Shown piece by piece: positions 11,033-24,026 of a DNA stretch of 31,612 nt. The notes under the pieces are model-generated. The model ran no database searches. It saw only the letters and a program-made list of their open reading frames with translations, and was not told the DNA's origin. Each line of letters starts with the position of its first letter. The stretch's first letter is position 1. The position numbers and the translations under genes were made by a program. Source of the stretch: Peribolospora baueri (lineage: Eukaryota); the NCBI GenBank assembly GCA_029717555.1, contig JAMDHS010000078.1:62001-93612 (forward strand), written 5' to 3'.

Positions 11033-13445
11033 ATGTCGCCCATGGCCAACGGCGTCGTCCCCGCACCCGATCAGATCGTCTCCCACTGGCTCTCCCGCTT
11101 CGAGGCGTTCGCCAGGTCGCCTCCCACTCAGAAGCCCCGCCTGGAGGCCGCTTTGGATCAGCTTTTTATCCCGGATTTCGGCTGGTGGCGGGACCATTGC
11201 GTCTGCTCTTGGGACTTGAGGACCTCGCACACCGTCTCCGGCATCGCCAGGTGGTTGCTCGAGGATGACCACTCCTCGACGGAGACCTGCAAAACTACGA
11301 ATCGTCTTGCCCACGCTCGTCTTCACTCGTTCAGGGTCCACCAGGGCCCTCACCCTAGTCCAATCGGCGGCGACGGAAATACCTGCCCAGCACCTTCTAT
11401 TGACGACGTCCCGTTCTCTTGCCCGGACGCCGACGGGCGCAGGCCACAAGTGGTCTCCGCCAGCTTTCGCTTCCAGATGGGTCCTCCCTCAAACGAGCTA
11501 AGCGAAGGACACCAGCACAAGGTTGGTGTTGGGCGAGGCGCCTTGCGCCTGCTTCGCTCCGCGGACGGAGAATGGAAAGCTTGGACCTTCTTCCTCGTGC
11601 CGATCGTCGACGACATGGGAGGCCGTCTCGCTCGTCCTACCTTCGGCACTTTGGACACTCAGGGCAGGATGGCCGTCTTGTCTCACGCTCAAGAGTTTGG
11701 CCAGCGACACACGCTCTCGTTCGCCGAAGAGCGAGCACGTTGGAAAAAACGGTGTGAAGAGGAGCCGGCTATCGTGGTCGGTGAGTCTGCCGTTCAATCG
11801 CACTATCGAATGCGCCCATTTGCCCATTGATAGACGCGCACGGCCTCTCCGTTCGTTCACGCGCGGCGCTCGTTCCAAGTCGGAGGCGGACATTCCGGCC
11901 TTGCGACCTGCGCGAGTCTCATGCGCCTCGGCGTCCCCACCCTCCTCATCGAACGCTCGGCCAAAATCGGAGACGTGTGGACGTCACGCTACAGCTCGCT
12001 GACTCTGCACACCGCTCGCGCTTATTCCGGCCTGCCCCACTTCGAATACCCATCATCCTATCCTCGTTTCTTGCCCAAGGACCTCGTCGGCGAGTTTTTT
12101 CAAACCTACGCTGATACTCTCAACCTCGTCTACTGGACCTCGGCTTCCTTCATTCCACATTCCGCGTTTTACGACGACGCGAAGCGAAAGTGGAGACTGG
12201 ACGTCTTGAGAGATGGACCGACGGGGCGGCAAGAGGTGTGCTTGACGCCCAACCACTTGGTCCTCGCGTCTGGCATATACGGCCCGCCTCGCATGCCACG
12301 CTTGCCCGGCAGCGACCAGTTTGAAGGAAGGATCTTCCATTCGCAGGACTGGCCGAGGATGGAAGGAAAGGAAAAAGGTCGAAAGGTGATCGTCGTAGGG
12401 TGCGGAAACACTGGATCGGACATCTGCAACGACAATGCCAATCGAGGAGCCGAGGAGGTCACGATGTGAGCCCCAGCAGCCAGAAGGAGCCCAGGTACGA
12501 AGTCGCGCTCCCAGTGTAGGTCCGACCGGTCTGCTCTCTCTCTCCCTTTTCGGCCATGAACAGGGTCCAGCGCTCCATCGTTTGCGTCCAATCGGCGGGA
12601 ATTCTCGACAAGATTATCGAAACCGGCTATCCCGACCAAGGTCGGTCTCTGACCGACTCCGACTTCCTCTCCGCGTCCATGCCTCTATGGCTCATGCTCC
12701 AACTTTCCAAGAAGAGGGTGGAATCGGTCGACAAGGTCGTCGACGCCGAGCTCCACAACGGCCTACGGGCGAAGGGGCTGAAGATCTGGCTGTGAGCTTG
12801 CCCTCTCCAATGTCGACTGCCGGCTCTTGTACGACCGTCGTTTTTTTCTTTTTTTCTTTTTTTTTTCTCCCTCCTCCCAGGGGACCGCAAGGCGCCGGCG
12901 GCTTCGAGCTGATCGTGAAACGGGGAGGCGGTTTCTGGTGGGATGCGGGATGCGGCGACAAGATCGTCGCCGGACGGATTGGGGTCAAGAGCGGCGTCGA
13001 GGTGGAGCGCTTCACGAAGACGGGCATCGTTTACACGGACGGTGAGGAGCAGGTCGCTGACGACGTCATCTTCTGCACGGGCTACGAGACAGCCGAGGGT
13101 ATGGTCGCGCGCATGCTCGGCCCCGAAATCGCGTCAAAAGTAAGCCGCATGCCTTACGTCGATAAGGAAGGAGAGTACGCCGGCGTCTTCCGCCCCACAG
13201 GTCACCAGGCGTTGTGGGTTGCCGCTGGAACCTTCTCCAACGTGCGCCAACTGGCTCCACTTCTGGTGAGCGTGCCTGAGGAACATCATGTCAACGAGTG
13301 GGCCTTCCGATTTGACCAATTTGGCGGAGGCTTTTCGTAGGCGCTGCAAATCAAGGCCGTAGAAGAAGGCGTAGCGCGAGCGTATGTTCCCTGCGCGCCT
13401 CACAACCGCCACCCCGACGCCACAGAGAACATGAAGCTGAACTGA
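11033..13445 (+). CDS. Flavin-containing monooxygenase (class B, type II FMO-like) with an N-terminal NTF2/SnoaL-like region; 5 exons
   Basis: IVV|VGGGHSGL (FAD GxGxxG), IGDVWTSRYSSLTLH, FEGRIFHSQDW (FMO fingerprint), VVGCGNTGSDI (NAD(P)H), DVIFCTGY. Upstream FIPDFGWWRD...WDLRT is typical of the N-terminal extension. Introns start at 11781, 12466, 12792 and 13266. Confidence 0.92.
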
Positions 13446-14177
13446 CGGCCCGCTAGATGTCAAGAGTTTCGGAGCATCGGGCTTGTTGCAGGCGGTGCCC
13501 GTTTTCAAGACGTTCGGTCTGGGCTCGGTATACAGAGGTGGAGAAACAGAGCGGATTAAAATGCGCATAGTCGAATGGATCATGGCAGGCTCTGTTCGAA
13601 CAATATGGCCATAGCAATTCTAAAGCGATGCGCGGTATGATTGCGCTGAGATAGGGATGAGAAATCGAGAGAGCAAGCCGGAACATGTGCATACGCGCAA
13701 TCCATCGTCTCCTCTTGTGATACAGACCATGTCCCGAACATTTGGCTGAACTAATTTGTATTGGTGTCGCTTCAGCGGACGACCCTCTTCCGCCGGTCCT
13801 ACTGCAGACATCGGGTAAGCGTGTCGTCGTCCTCTAAGGGGGCACGGAATCGCACGTAGCGAGAAAGAGAGAGTATGCACTTTTCGCCGAGATTGGAGAG
13901 GGACAGCGAGTTCCAGCAAGTCACACATGTATGAGTGAACCAGCCTAGGGTAGAGATTTATGGTATGGCGCAGGGAAGACGGACGCTCTTTACTGGGTGC
14001 TCATCGGTCAGTTCAGTTCGCTATACCGAATCAGAGGCGGTGTGGAGAAGTCTGACCTTCACGAAAACGAAGTGATTAACTAGAGAGAATGGTATCGAAG
14101 GGTAAAGCAAGGAACGAAAGCCGGCAATGCGACAGCCAAGCGCCTCGAACGAAGCACGGATGGTTAAGAGAAGATTA

Positions 14178-17100
14178 TCAGAACACCGGTGCAGAAATGA
14201 GGAATAGCCTCTGCTCCTCTCTCTTCACCCAGCGCGAGACGGCGTTGGCGGCAGATATGGCCGCCGTCTTTGGAAGCATGGGGGAGAGAGCGAGGTAAAG
14301 CTCGAAGGGCTGAGTGATCTGATGGTGTCATTGGGAACGAGGGTCGTGAGGCGAAGAATCAATGAAAGAACTCAAGAACGAAAGGCCGGAATAGACAGAA
14401 CAACAAAGGTGAAACGCCACGCACCCAGCCGAGGACGGCTTCCTTCTCTGTGCGCACATATTGGAGCTTGACGGGCTGATGCTGCCCCGAGCGCGCGTGG
14501 ATGGCGTCATACAAGCGTTGGTACAGCGTGAGGAGCCTGTGTAAAACAAACGGCCGCCATAGGAGCGAAACTTAGCCGAGCTCGACGACATCGGAATGGA
14601 CCAAGTTGCATTTCCAAGGGGCATGCAGGTTACACCTCAAGACGCACCGTCTTTGTGACGTCTGTTCATCGTACGGCGCTTCGTATGCCGGACTGGTTAA
14701 CTGCACGTTGGGCCGAGATTTGTAGACAAAGTGCCGAAGGCCGGGAATCCCAAGGTCGCCTGGTGGGATACGCGTCAGTCAGAGGGTGAGTCGGCTACCG
14801 CTGCGCAGAAGGAAGCGGTGAGACATACTTACCGCTGGAGTAATCATGAGATTGGAGCGCCTTTTTCATCGCTAGGATCGCTCCCCTCTTCTGTAGTCTC
14901 TGTGGGACGGGTCGCCGAAAAATCCGAGAGAGCATTTCAGATTGGGCTCACATCGTCACGCAGACACTCTCAGGGCGAAGCGATACCAGCTCAACTCACC
15001 TCGACGACAAGCTTCGAGAATTCGCTCATCTCGAAGAAGCCTTCTCGGTTGCCAGTCACAAGGACGAGGGCGATCTCGCCCTTGTGTCCACTCATTTCCT
15101 GCGAGTCTTCTGGTGCATTGCCCGTATCGTCATCTGCGTGCTCATTCAATTCACTCAGCTCGGTCCGTTGAGGGTCGACGGATCCGACGTTGGGACTGGC
15201 GGTACCCGTTGCAGATGCGGAACGCTCTGGCGTGGTCGCGCCCGACGTGGGAGCGCGAGTGGTGGACGTCTCCAGTTCGGACGGCGTGGAGAGAAAGCTG
15301 ACGTACGCATGCAAGAAACCTGCGCTGGTGAACTTGGGCAGACAAATTGGAATCCAAGACTCGGAACTTCGGAGCGAAGAGGAAGACTGGATGGTGTTGA
15401 CCAGGAGGTGCAAATCTAGACAATAGAGCCAACTCATATAATCAGGAAAGAGCTTCTCCACCGTGGCGTCTCCATCGGATCTCACCTGAAGGATAGATGC
15501 TGTGTTTCCTGGGTCGAACCAGCGTCACAATCTTGTCGTCCGCCAAAAGAATTGCATACAAAAGGTCCTATAAAAATGAAAGCACTGGAATGTTAGCGCG
15601 ACAAAGCAGGCTAAAGGTCTAGATATGACTCTTTGAGACAAACAGCCTACCTTTATTTTCTCTTTCGGCATCAGGGCCTTCGCAATGTCCTCCCTTAGCC
15701 CGGGATCTAGTCGTAATGGCTGAAGAGCCGAGAACGAGACATCGAACTTCTCGCTGAGCCTACTGGTTAGCGAGCTCAGCATGTGGTCGGTACCTGCGAA
15801 AGCAGCAGTCCAAGGTCAGCGGAGAACTAGAGCAAAATCGCCCTGATTTAAACGCTTACCTTCCAACAACCTTCGCAGGTCAAAGTTGTTTCGTCGCTGG
15901 AATATCCGCGTCAATTGGGTGGACGTGACCACCGAAAGAATTTGCAGATGTAGGTAGTCGAGATGTGCTCGGAGCTATGCAAGGACAAGATGAGGCATGG
16001 TCCAAATGAGATTAGACAAGTAGTAGTGATGACGGAAATGCAGACTTGGCTTACCACCGACTCGGGCTCGCCCCATGAGCTGACACAGACGAAATACAGA
16101 GGAGAGCGGAGGAGGAAGGATATCCTCACGTCGCCGTAGTTGATGCAACTGTCGCGAACATCGGTTGTGGTATTGTCAGTATACCGATCCAGGCAGGGAG
16201 GACGGCGATGCTGATAAGCCGCTTACCGGATCTTGTCCTCTTCATCTGCAAAGACGGAGATCAAAGCCTGCATGACTCCGACCGTGTTCGCGGCGTCATC
16301 TTCGTCTTCCTCAGCTTCCCGGCTGGATAGTCCAAAAAACGGGTAGGAAGAAATAACAAAATCAAACGTTAACGCATGGTTCAGCTCAGGCAAAGGGTGT
16401 GGAATCTCACCTGATGTATACCGGCTTGCCGGCACTTGTCAGGATGAAATAAAGGCGGTCACGGAAGGGATCTATAAAGAAAGGAAGACAAGAAGATGTT
16501 TATCGTGAGGACCTATCAACGCTGATAATATTACTTATCATAAGGGAAAAATGTCTGCCTAATACGGACAAAATCGAAACACCCAGCTCGCTAATCTGTG
16601 GACTCACTAGCGCTCCATTTTTGACCGTGTTCGTCATCTGGATCAAGCCGCACTGTTGCGGCCGGGGAAAATGATCAGGTCATTCAATATGTAGTGGAAT
16701 CACTCTTGCTCCGAGCAGGGTCAGGGTCACACTACACTAACCTTCTGTCGCCTTTTCTTTTCCCTTCACAGACCTCTGCGTTCTGCGGGTTAGAACGGCC
16801 GCCTCGCTCTTACGCAGCTGTGCTTTGAGCACATCCCGCGGATCCTGATGAGTCTCCTGTGCAGTGTCGCCCTCCACAGCTGCCGCTCTATCGTCAATTT
16901 GAAGTACATCGCCTTCGTCGGACGAAAGATCGCTCTCATTTCGACTCTGCCCACCGTCGGTCTTCTCATCGTCATCGTCGCCGGCTTTGGGGCGCAACGT
17001 GCTGCTGCTCCGCTCCCGGTCGACCGTCCTGAACCTCGCACCGAGAGTGTGATCGACAAATGAAGAAGCTTTGGAGATTTCCCCTTCTCCCTCCGTCTGG

Positions 17101-17489
17101 TCGAAGAGCGGCCCGGCGGTCGAAGGGGATGAGGAGAGCGAAGAGTTGGGATGGGAGACGAGCTCGCCGGCGAGCACAGACGAGGCATTAACGGCGGAGG
17201 AAGCGGTAGTTAGGACCGGTCGCGAAAGGTGAGGTGCAAAGGACGAAATAGTGGGAGGTGCCAGAGTGGATCCTGAAGGCGTCGGGGCCCGGGAAGGCAA
17301 GCTAGAAGCCGACGGGGCATTGAGCACCGAAGTCGTCGCTGACGCTTGCGCCGAGGGGGCAGGCGAAGCTGGACAAGAGATAGAAGACGAACCGTCTTGT
17401 CCTACTTCGCTTTCAACGCCCTTGCGGGGAGTGGGCTGCCACAGCTGTGAAAAGATACCCTTGGTCTTTTCTCCGGTAGCGTTGAACAT
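14178..17489 (-). CDS. MON1: Vacuolar fusion protein Mon1 (Ypt7/Rab7 GEF subunit); multi-exon
   Basis: FILTSAGKPVY, VGVMQALISVF, ISFLLRSPLYFVCVSSWGEPES, NFDLRRLLEG, ESWIPICLPKF, LGIPGLRHFVYKSRPNVQLT, FELYLALSPMLPKTAAISAANAVSRWVKREEQRLF. The start codon is uncertain (17489, or upstream 17546). Confidence 0.93.
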
Positions 17490-17880
17490 CGCCGTAGAGA
17501 CTGGAGAAGCCAAACTACAGGAAGCTGACCAGCTCGCGATCACCATTTGGCTGCGGCAGCCGGACGGACGAGCTTGGCACTCGGGTGCGGTCAGGAACAG
17601 AGCTCTTGTTTGTCGTTGGATGTCATTTCCCTCTGTCCTCTGTCCGATGGTATGGTAGTACAACTACATCAAAGAAGATATTGTTCATTTTGTCCCTCAG
17701 GTACCATCCGGTCAGTAGCCGTTTTCGTCTCTCCCATGTCCCACGTTTTTCAGGGTCACTGTGGTACAAAGAAAAGAAAGGAGTCGTCTTCTACAAGTAC
17801 ATTGATAACGGCATCCCACCGGGTGGCTACCCAAGGACAGGACACGCAGAGAGAAGGCTGCGTGAAGCAAGGTGTCCAAT

Positions 17881-19221
17881 CTAAGAACATGACGTCCCTG
17901 TCGTGCTGCCATTGTTGCCAGCAGCATCCTTCTCCAATGCCTCCAGGAAACCATCGACCCGTTTCTGCTGCTTCTCCTGCTTCAGCCTCTCCACCTCGGC
18001 GTCGCCCAACATCTTTCTCTTTTTGGCCTCGATCTCCTTTCTTCTCTCCTCCTTCCTCCTCTCCACCGCCGTCAATGGTCTCTTCCTCGGCGCGCCACCT
18101 CCGGAAGCGTCTCCCTCACCCTCAACCTCTTCGCTGCCACGCTCCTTCCGCTTCGTTTCCGTCTCCTCCCTCGCCTTCTTCAGTTCCTCCATCTGCCGCA
18201 ATCGCGTCTCCTCGTCTTTGGAGAACTGATAGAATCCCGCGCCTTTAGTCCGAACCTCGGCTGTAGCGTCGAAATGCAGCGCGGGAGAAGCCTCTGCGGC
18301 GGCTCGAGCGGCAGCGATGGCTGCTGGATCGGGAGTGTAAACGGGAAAGTAGTTCGCATCGCCGTAGATGAGGTTTTCTCTGAGTTCAGAGCACGGATAA
18401 GTAAGCGATATCAAGAAGTTAGCTTTAAGAAAGCAGTCAGGAATCTCGACGGCCGATTGCTACGAAGCGGAGTATTGTGGTAACCCACCGCTCAGGTTCA
18501 GGTTCCGCCGGTGGAGGCCGAAGATTGCGCGGCACCTCGCTTCGGCGAGCCGTCCGGGTGCGGCCAAACTCGTCCCTGTACTCGATGATAGGATCATCAG
18601 CCTGAAATGCGTGAAGGAATTGTAAGTAAAATCGTCTCGAAAGAAAGAGCGTTAAAACGATCCAAAACAAAATCGACAAACCCACCCCTAATGGCAATGA
18701 ACTACTCTCATCGCCTTCGCTATCCTGCTCACTCCACTCGTCCCCATCCTCTGCCTTCCGATCCCAGTCAATCAGTCCCCCAGCAATCTGTTCCTCCTCC
18801 AGCCCACCCGTCTTTCCCCTCCTCAGCTTATCATACAACGCTGCCTTGCGCTCCAACGCTGCCCTGCTAGCCTCCAACGTCGATGTTGAGGTGGCCAAGT
18901 CCGGACGAGCATCTCGCGCTGCCCGAGCGGCTAACCCCGGGTTTTGCCTTTGCCATACTGTGGGTTTCTGCGTGGTAGAGATATACGAAACGATACTGGA
19001 AAATAAGTCGAAGGAGACTTGCAAGCGTGATAGAACCGGAGCAGCGCTCTCGCCTACTCACTCACCTTCTCAGCCCTCGGCCTTCCCTTCTCCGCAGACC
19101 TTCCTCCCTTCCTAACCTCGGACTCCTGCTTCGCTATCTCGGCCTTGAGGCCTAGAAATGAGGATGAGTTGACCGAGCGGGATGCACTTTTGCTCCCTTT
19201 GGTAGGTGGCGGAGGAGGCAT
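17881..19221 (-). CDS. CCDC174/DUF4078-like coiled-coil protein; multi-exon
   Basis: SSSFLGLKAEI, LERKAALYDKLRRG, IIEYRDEFGRTRTARRSEVP, HFDATAEVRTKGAGFYQFSKDEETRLRQMEELKKAREET. Confidence 0.85.
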
Positions 19222-19352
19222 GGTGTGGTGGACATGGAAGCGAAAGGGTGGGCCGTTGGTACACGCCTCGGTGATCGGAGCCGCAGCACTCCGGAAGACG
19301 TCGATCAGTCGTGTCCAGGGAAACGAGCGCACCACCAGCATTTCCGGTGGTC

Positions 19353-20841
19353 ATGGCGAAGCGTCGTCTATCGGAGTCGTCCCTCTACGACGATGACGAC
19401 CTGGAGCATCTAGGGCGGGACGAATCGGAAGGAGAGAGCTTCTCAGAGGGTGAAGGTGGAAGGGGAAAGACACCGGACGCGGAATGGGTCAAGCTCGCGA
19501 GGACGGACGGGGACGACGAGAAGGAGCGAGGGTGAGCGCGGCTTTGTCCCTCTATTGGGCCCCCCAGCTCACAGCCGAGGCAAGTTCGGCCGAAGGATTG
19601 GTGTAATGACTGATGGTCTGTTATTTTTACTCTCTCGTAGACGTCCAATGACCTGCACCCTCCCACCACACTCCTCCAACCCTCTCACTTTCCCCACGCG
19701 TGCGGCTTTCGAGGCGCACTACGCACTTCAGCACACCAACGTCTGTTCTTCCCAAGGGTGCAAACGCATTTTTCCCTCGGAATTCATGCTAGAGCTCCAC
19801 ATCTCGGAGTGTCACGATCCTATCGTGGAAGCGAGAAAGGAGAGGGGGGAGAAGACGGTGCGCCCTTCCTGGAGACGGATGCATCTTTGGATATAATGCC
19901 GAAGTCCTCCAATTGAAAGCGACCGGTTGACTTTCTGCGTTTTTGACACGCTGCTTCTTTCTCGGCGGATCCTCAGTTCGCGTGCTTCGTCCAAGGATGC
20001 GACCGATTTTTTCTCAATCCAAAGCTCCGGCGTCTCCATCTGGTGAGCGAACGGGCGAGCGTCCCAGTCGCCTTCTCGCAGTAATTTCCCGCGCGTCCGA
20101 GCTTCACACCGTTCATTCGTCTTGCCCGCCTTCACGTTGCACTAACTTCTCCACACCGTCTTTCTCCCTCTTCACTTGCCCCTCTAACTTCCACTTGCTC
20201 GCCGCCGCCGCCGCACCACAAATCTAACCGCCTCCCGGACATCCAAGATCGACTTCCACCACTACCCGCGCACCTACTACTTCTCCCTTCCTAATCACGG
20301 CATCGGGGATCTGGTGCGCAAATACGGTCCAGGAGCGAGTTTGGTGAGGGGGGAGTGGAAGCCTAGGGAGGGACAGTTGGATTCGAAGGGGAAGGCAAAG
20401 GCGGTTGAACAGGTGAAGGGAGGAGACGAGGAGACGAGGACGGAGACTGAGACCGAGACGGAAATGGAGATGGAGACGGGTATGGAGACGGAGAAGGACG
20501 CCGAAGAACGGAATCGCGCACCATCTGCACCGAAACGGGAGCAGGAGCACTTTTCGTCGTCGTCGGAAGCAAAAGACGCGAGCGCGCGGAAAGCTTCCCC
20601 AAACCCCGCGGTCACGGTCGGGGTAGCGGGGACGCTGGCATCGTCACAGGCGCCAGCGACGACGACGAAGATGTCTGAGGAGAAGGGACGCTACGATGAA
20701 GGCGACGACATCGTCCGTCAGATGGACCGACTGGCCCTCGTGCCCGATTCGGTACGGTTCGGACGCGGAAAGGCTCGAGGGTTCCTCAGAGGCGGTGGGA
20801 AGGCACGGGGACGGGGCGTCGGGCAAAGAGACGCGGAGTGA
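19353..20841 (+). CDS. ZNF511-like C2H2 zinc-finger protein; 4 exons
   Basis: FEAHYALQHTNVCSSQGCKRIFPSEFMLELHISECHDP...RGEKT|FACFVQGCDRFFLNPKLRRLHL|IDFHHYPRTYYF, with C-terminal LVPDSVRFGRG. Confidence 0.88.
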
Positions 20842-21561
20842 GTGAAGGGCCTGCGGGCTGGGAACTGGTACTGGGAGATCACCTTCCTGAGGAACGTGGG
20901 GGTTTGCCGAAGGGATCAGATCCCAATACCGTCCTCCTCACCGTCCTCCCAGGTGCCGCGTCGCTTTATTTTTTCTCTTCACTTGGGGCACATGGGCAAC
21001 GAAGGGGGTCCGGAAAAATGTACGATTACATAGTTTACATACGGGGAACCCGCGCGGAAGATGTGCGGGCGCGGCGGCATACCTCTGAAAACGTGCACCA
21101 CCCTTCCTTTGACTCGTGACTGACGGAGACGGGCGGGCGGAACGAACGAAAAGGCGACGCAACGGCGGCGAGACGAGCACAGAGGCTAGGGAGTACGACG
21201 GCGAGGGATGAAAGTGGGGTATGAAATGGCTGGGACGGGAGGACAGAGAGGAAGTGTGCGGGTACAAAAAGGACATGGACAGATGCTGGACGACGACGGG
21301 ACGGAAGAGAGCGATGCTGTGAAACGGCGGTGATGTGAAACGGCGGTGAAAGAGAAGTACGAGAGGAGGCAAGGCAGAGTGATGGCCATTCCCTATCGGA
21401 CCTTGTCGGAGGGTGGTCTGAGGAGGGAGGAGGGAGAGCAGACGAAACGTGATGGATAGAGGCGATTCGGGTACGCGACATACTCTGTGGAGAGCTGTGG
21501 GAGTCCAAGGTCGCGCATCGGACGGTAGGTGGAACGGCAATCGACCTCGTTGCGGTTAGTT

Positions 21562-24026
21562 TCAGCGATGTAAGATGTGCCCTCGATAATCACCGGGAAG
21601 GCTGATGACCGCCTCGAGCGTGTCGACTTCGTCGTCCAAAGAGAGCTGTAGGAAAGGGCAATGAGAGAGGCAGAGCGGATTGAGCGAACGACCGCGGCGA
21701 CATACATGTAACAAAGACGATGGCGGATTGAGGTGGACCGATACGCAGCTCAAACTCACAGATGCGGGCGTATCCGTGGGCTGCAGATAGTACCCCTCGT
21801 AGCGGAGGTGAATGCGTTCGTGCTCCATCTGCGGCCAGTGCGACGTCAAGGGACACAGATCGAGGTAGAGCAGGCCGAAGCCAGTGAGCGAATCGAAAGC
21901 TAAAAGGGACGAATTTCGGCCAGAAACGGAACAGAGCGTGCTTCTCCGGTTTACTGAAAGCTTACCTTGGCAGCAGCAGCGACGGTCCTCCTCACTACCT
22001 CTCCACCAATCTCAGTGTCGGGAGCAGGGCGGAGCTCGCATAGGAGCTTCCCGTCACGAGCGTTCACGACCCGGATGATGGCGCGACGAAGAGCGAGGAT
22101 CTGGTCACCTGGCCTTATGCCGAGCTGAGGGTGGCGGACAGCGATGATCAAAGAAAGGAAAAGGACGCGAGATTTGGACCGGAGAGGAAGAAGACGACTG
22201 AATGGTAAGCTGACTTTCTCATGTTGCTCATCCACTTCCGAACCGTCCATCTGCAAGGAAGAAAACAAGCCAACAATCAAAAACGACAAGACAAGACAGG
22301 CGACTCACGATCTCTGCCCTGTCCTGTAAATGCGAGATGTTCTGCCCTTTGAAGAAGTAGCAAAAGTGCTATGGAAAAAAAAAGATATAAAAAAAGTGCA
22401 TAATGGGCGGGATGAAATGACGAAACCGGAGAGCAGTCTCAGTGAGATGTATCTTTCTTATTCCCAAGACCCCGCTCGGACAAAGACTCACAGACCCGTC
22501 CACTTTCTTATGCTCCGCAAACAACCGCAGCAGGCGAGGTATGCTCGTGCGGGCTACAGCGGCGGTGGGTGCGAACGACCCGCGGAGAAAAATGGATTCC
22601 GAAGCGGGGAAGAGGAGAAACGAGACGGCCAAGGCCAAAAGAGGAAAGAAAGCAATCAGCCCAACCAGATTGTGGACAAATGACCGTGAAATGAAAGCCA
22701 CAAAGCCAGCCCACCAGGATTGAGCTGAAAGAAGTTTGGAGGTCCAGGTTTGAGGAGGATGGAGATCTTGATGTGTCTCCTAGAGTCTAACGCCGTTGTT
22801 GGTGGCGGCGGTGCGGCGGCTCTGGCGGGAGGAGTGGCGCGGGGCACGTGGGAGGTGCGACCCGGGAATGGAGCGAGAGATAAGCCGGGGTTGGAGACGG
22901 AGGCTATGGAGGCAGGATGTGAACGAGGTCCGGGATGAGATTGCGGGATATGGGAAAATGGGGGCGAAAAGTGGGAGGAAAGTAGAGACGACGGCGTAAT
23001 GGACGCGGAGGCGGTCGACGTCGGCGGAAGGGAGGTGGAAGACGTTGCGCCGAGCACTTGAGGGCGGCGGTGGCCCGGCACGTTAATGGACTCGTACTCC
23101 GGACTTTGTTCGGCAGCGGCGGCCTCTCGGACGGTTGTGGAGGTGAGGACGTCCCCCGTACCGGGAGAAGAGGTGGAAATGGAGACCGGGGCGAGAGAGG
23201 GAGAGAAGGAAGAGCCCATGCCGCTTGCTGCAGGCGAGAGACGTAGAACGCTCCCGTTCCTCGCAAGCAACGCCGGGGAAGAGTAATAAGACGGTGGGAA
23301 GGAGTAAGGATGGGGGAGTGAGGGTGCACGGAAGCGGAATAGGTGAGGATGGGAGTGATGGCGTCTGATGACGGTCGAGTGAAAAGAAGGGCTCGTCTGT
23401 GCTGCGGTCGAGCTCTCGGCGGATGGATAGGAGGTGAGGGTGGGCATGAGCATGGGCAAAGGACTGGGGGAAATACTAGGCTGCTCTCGAGTCTGAGGTC
23501 CAGGGAGGGCGTTCGGGGGGGAGGCCCTAGGGGACGACGAGGACGAATATGAATGTGGCGACGAGGACGGCGACAAGGAAGATCGACCGGACTCGGGCGA
23601 CGACGACAAAAGAAAAGGAGCGTCGAGGCGATCTCGCCGAGCAGGATTGAACGTGGTGGAAGGGATGGATATCGTGGAACCGCCGCCGGCCGTCGCAGAC
23701 ATCTCATCCACACGGCTGCTGGAGCCCCTGTTGCCCCTCTGATGTACGCTCGCGCTGTTGTTACTCGAACCCACGCCGGCGTCCGTACGGACGGGTCGGC
23801 CACCGACATCGGGAGATCGGTCGGCCATGACGCCGATGGCCGCCTCGAGGGCGGCGAGCCTGCTCTCGATCCGCAATCGGGCCACTTGCTCGGCGGCTAG
23901 GAGGTGGAGCAGGTGCGCGGCGCGCGTAGCTGTGGCGGTGGCCATTTCCGACGCTGGGGCCAAAGCCAGGTCGGGGTCCATCGCCGAATCGACGGAGAAA
24001 ACGGGGCCGTTGTCTTCTTCTGCCAT
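21562..24026 (-). CDS. Ser/Pro-rich protein with two C-terminal SUMO/ubiquitin-like domains (Rad60/Esc2-like architecture), about 593 aa
   Basis: Exons 24026-22715, 22553-22492, 22368-22309, 22250-22215, 22124-21966, 21828-21760, 21645-21562 are all GT-AG and in frame. The C-terminus contains SIPRLLRLFAEHKKVDGSHFCYFFKGQNI...LGIRPGDQILA and ERIHLRYEGYYLQPTDTPASLSLDDEVDTLEA. Confidence 0.75.

Noticed and set aside
20425..20495. GAGACG-type hexamer run encoding ETETETEMEMET
   Set aside because: Low-complexity coding microsatellite in a disordered tail of the ZNF511-like protein.
21318..21349. 16-bp tandem duplication TGTGAAACGGCGGTGA x2
   Set aside because: Two copies in a probable 3' UTR/intergenic region. 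This looks like ordinary slippage, not an array.
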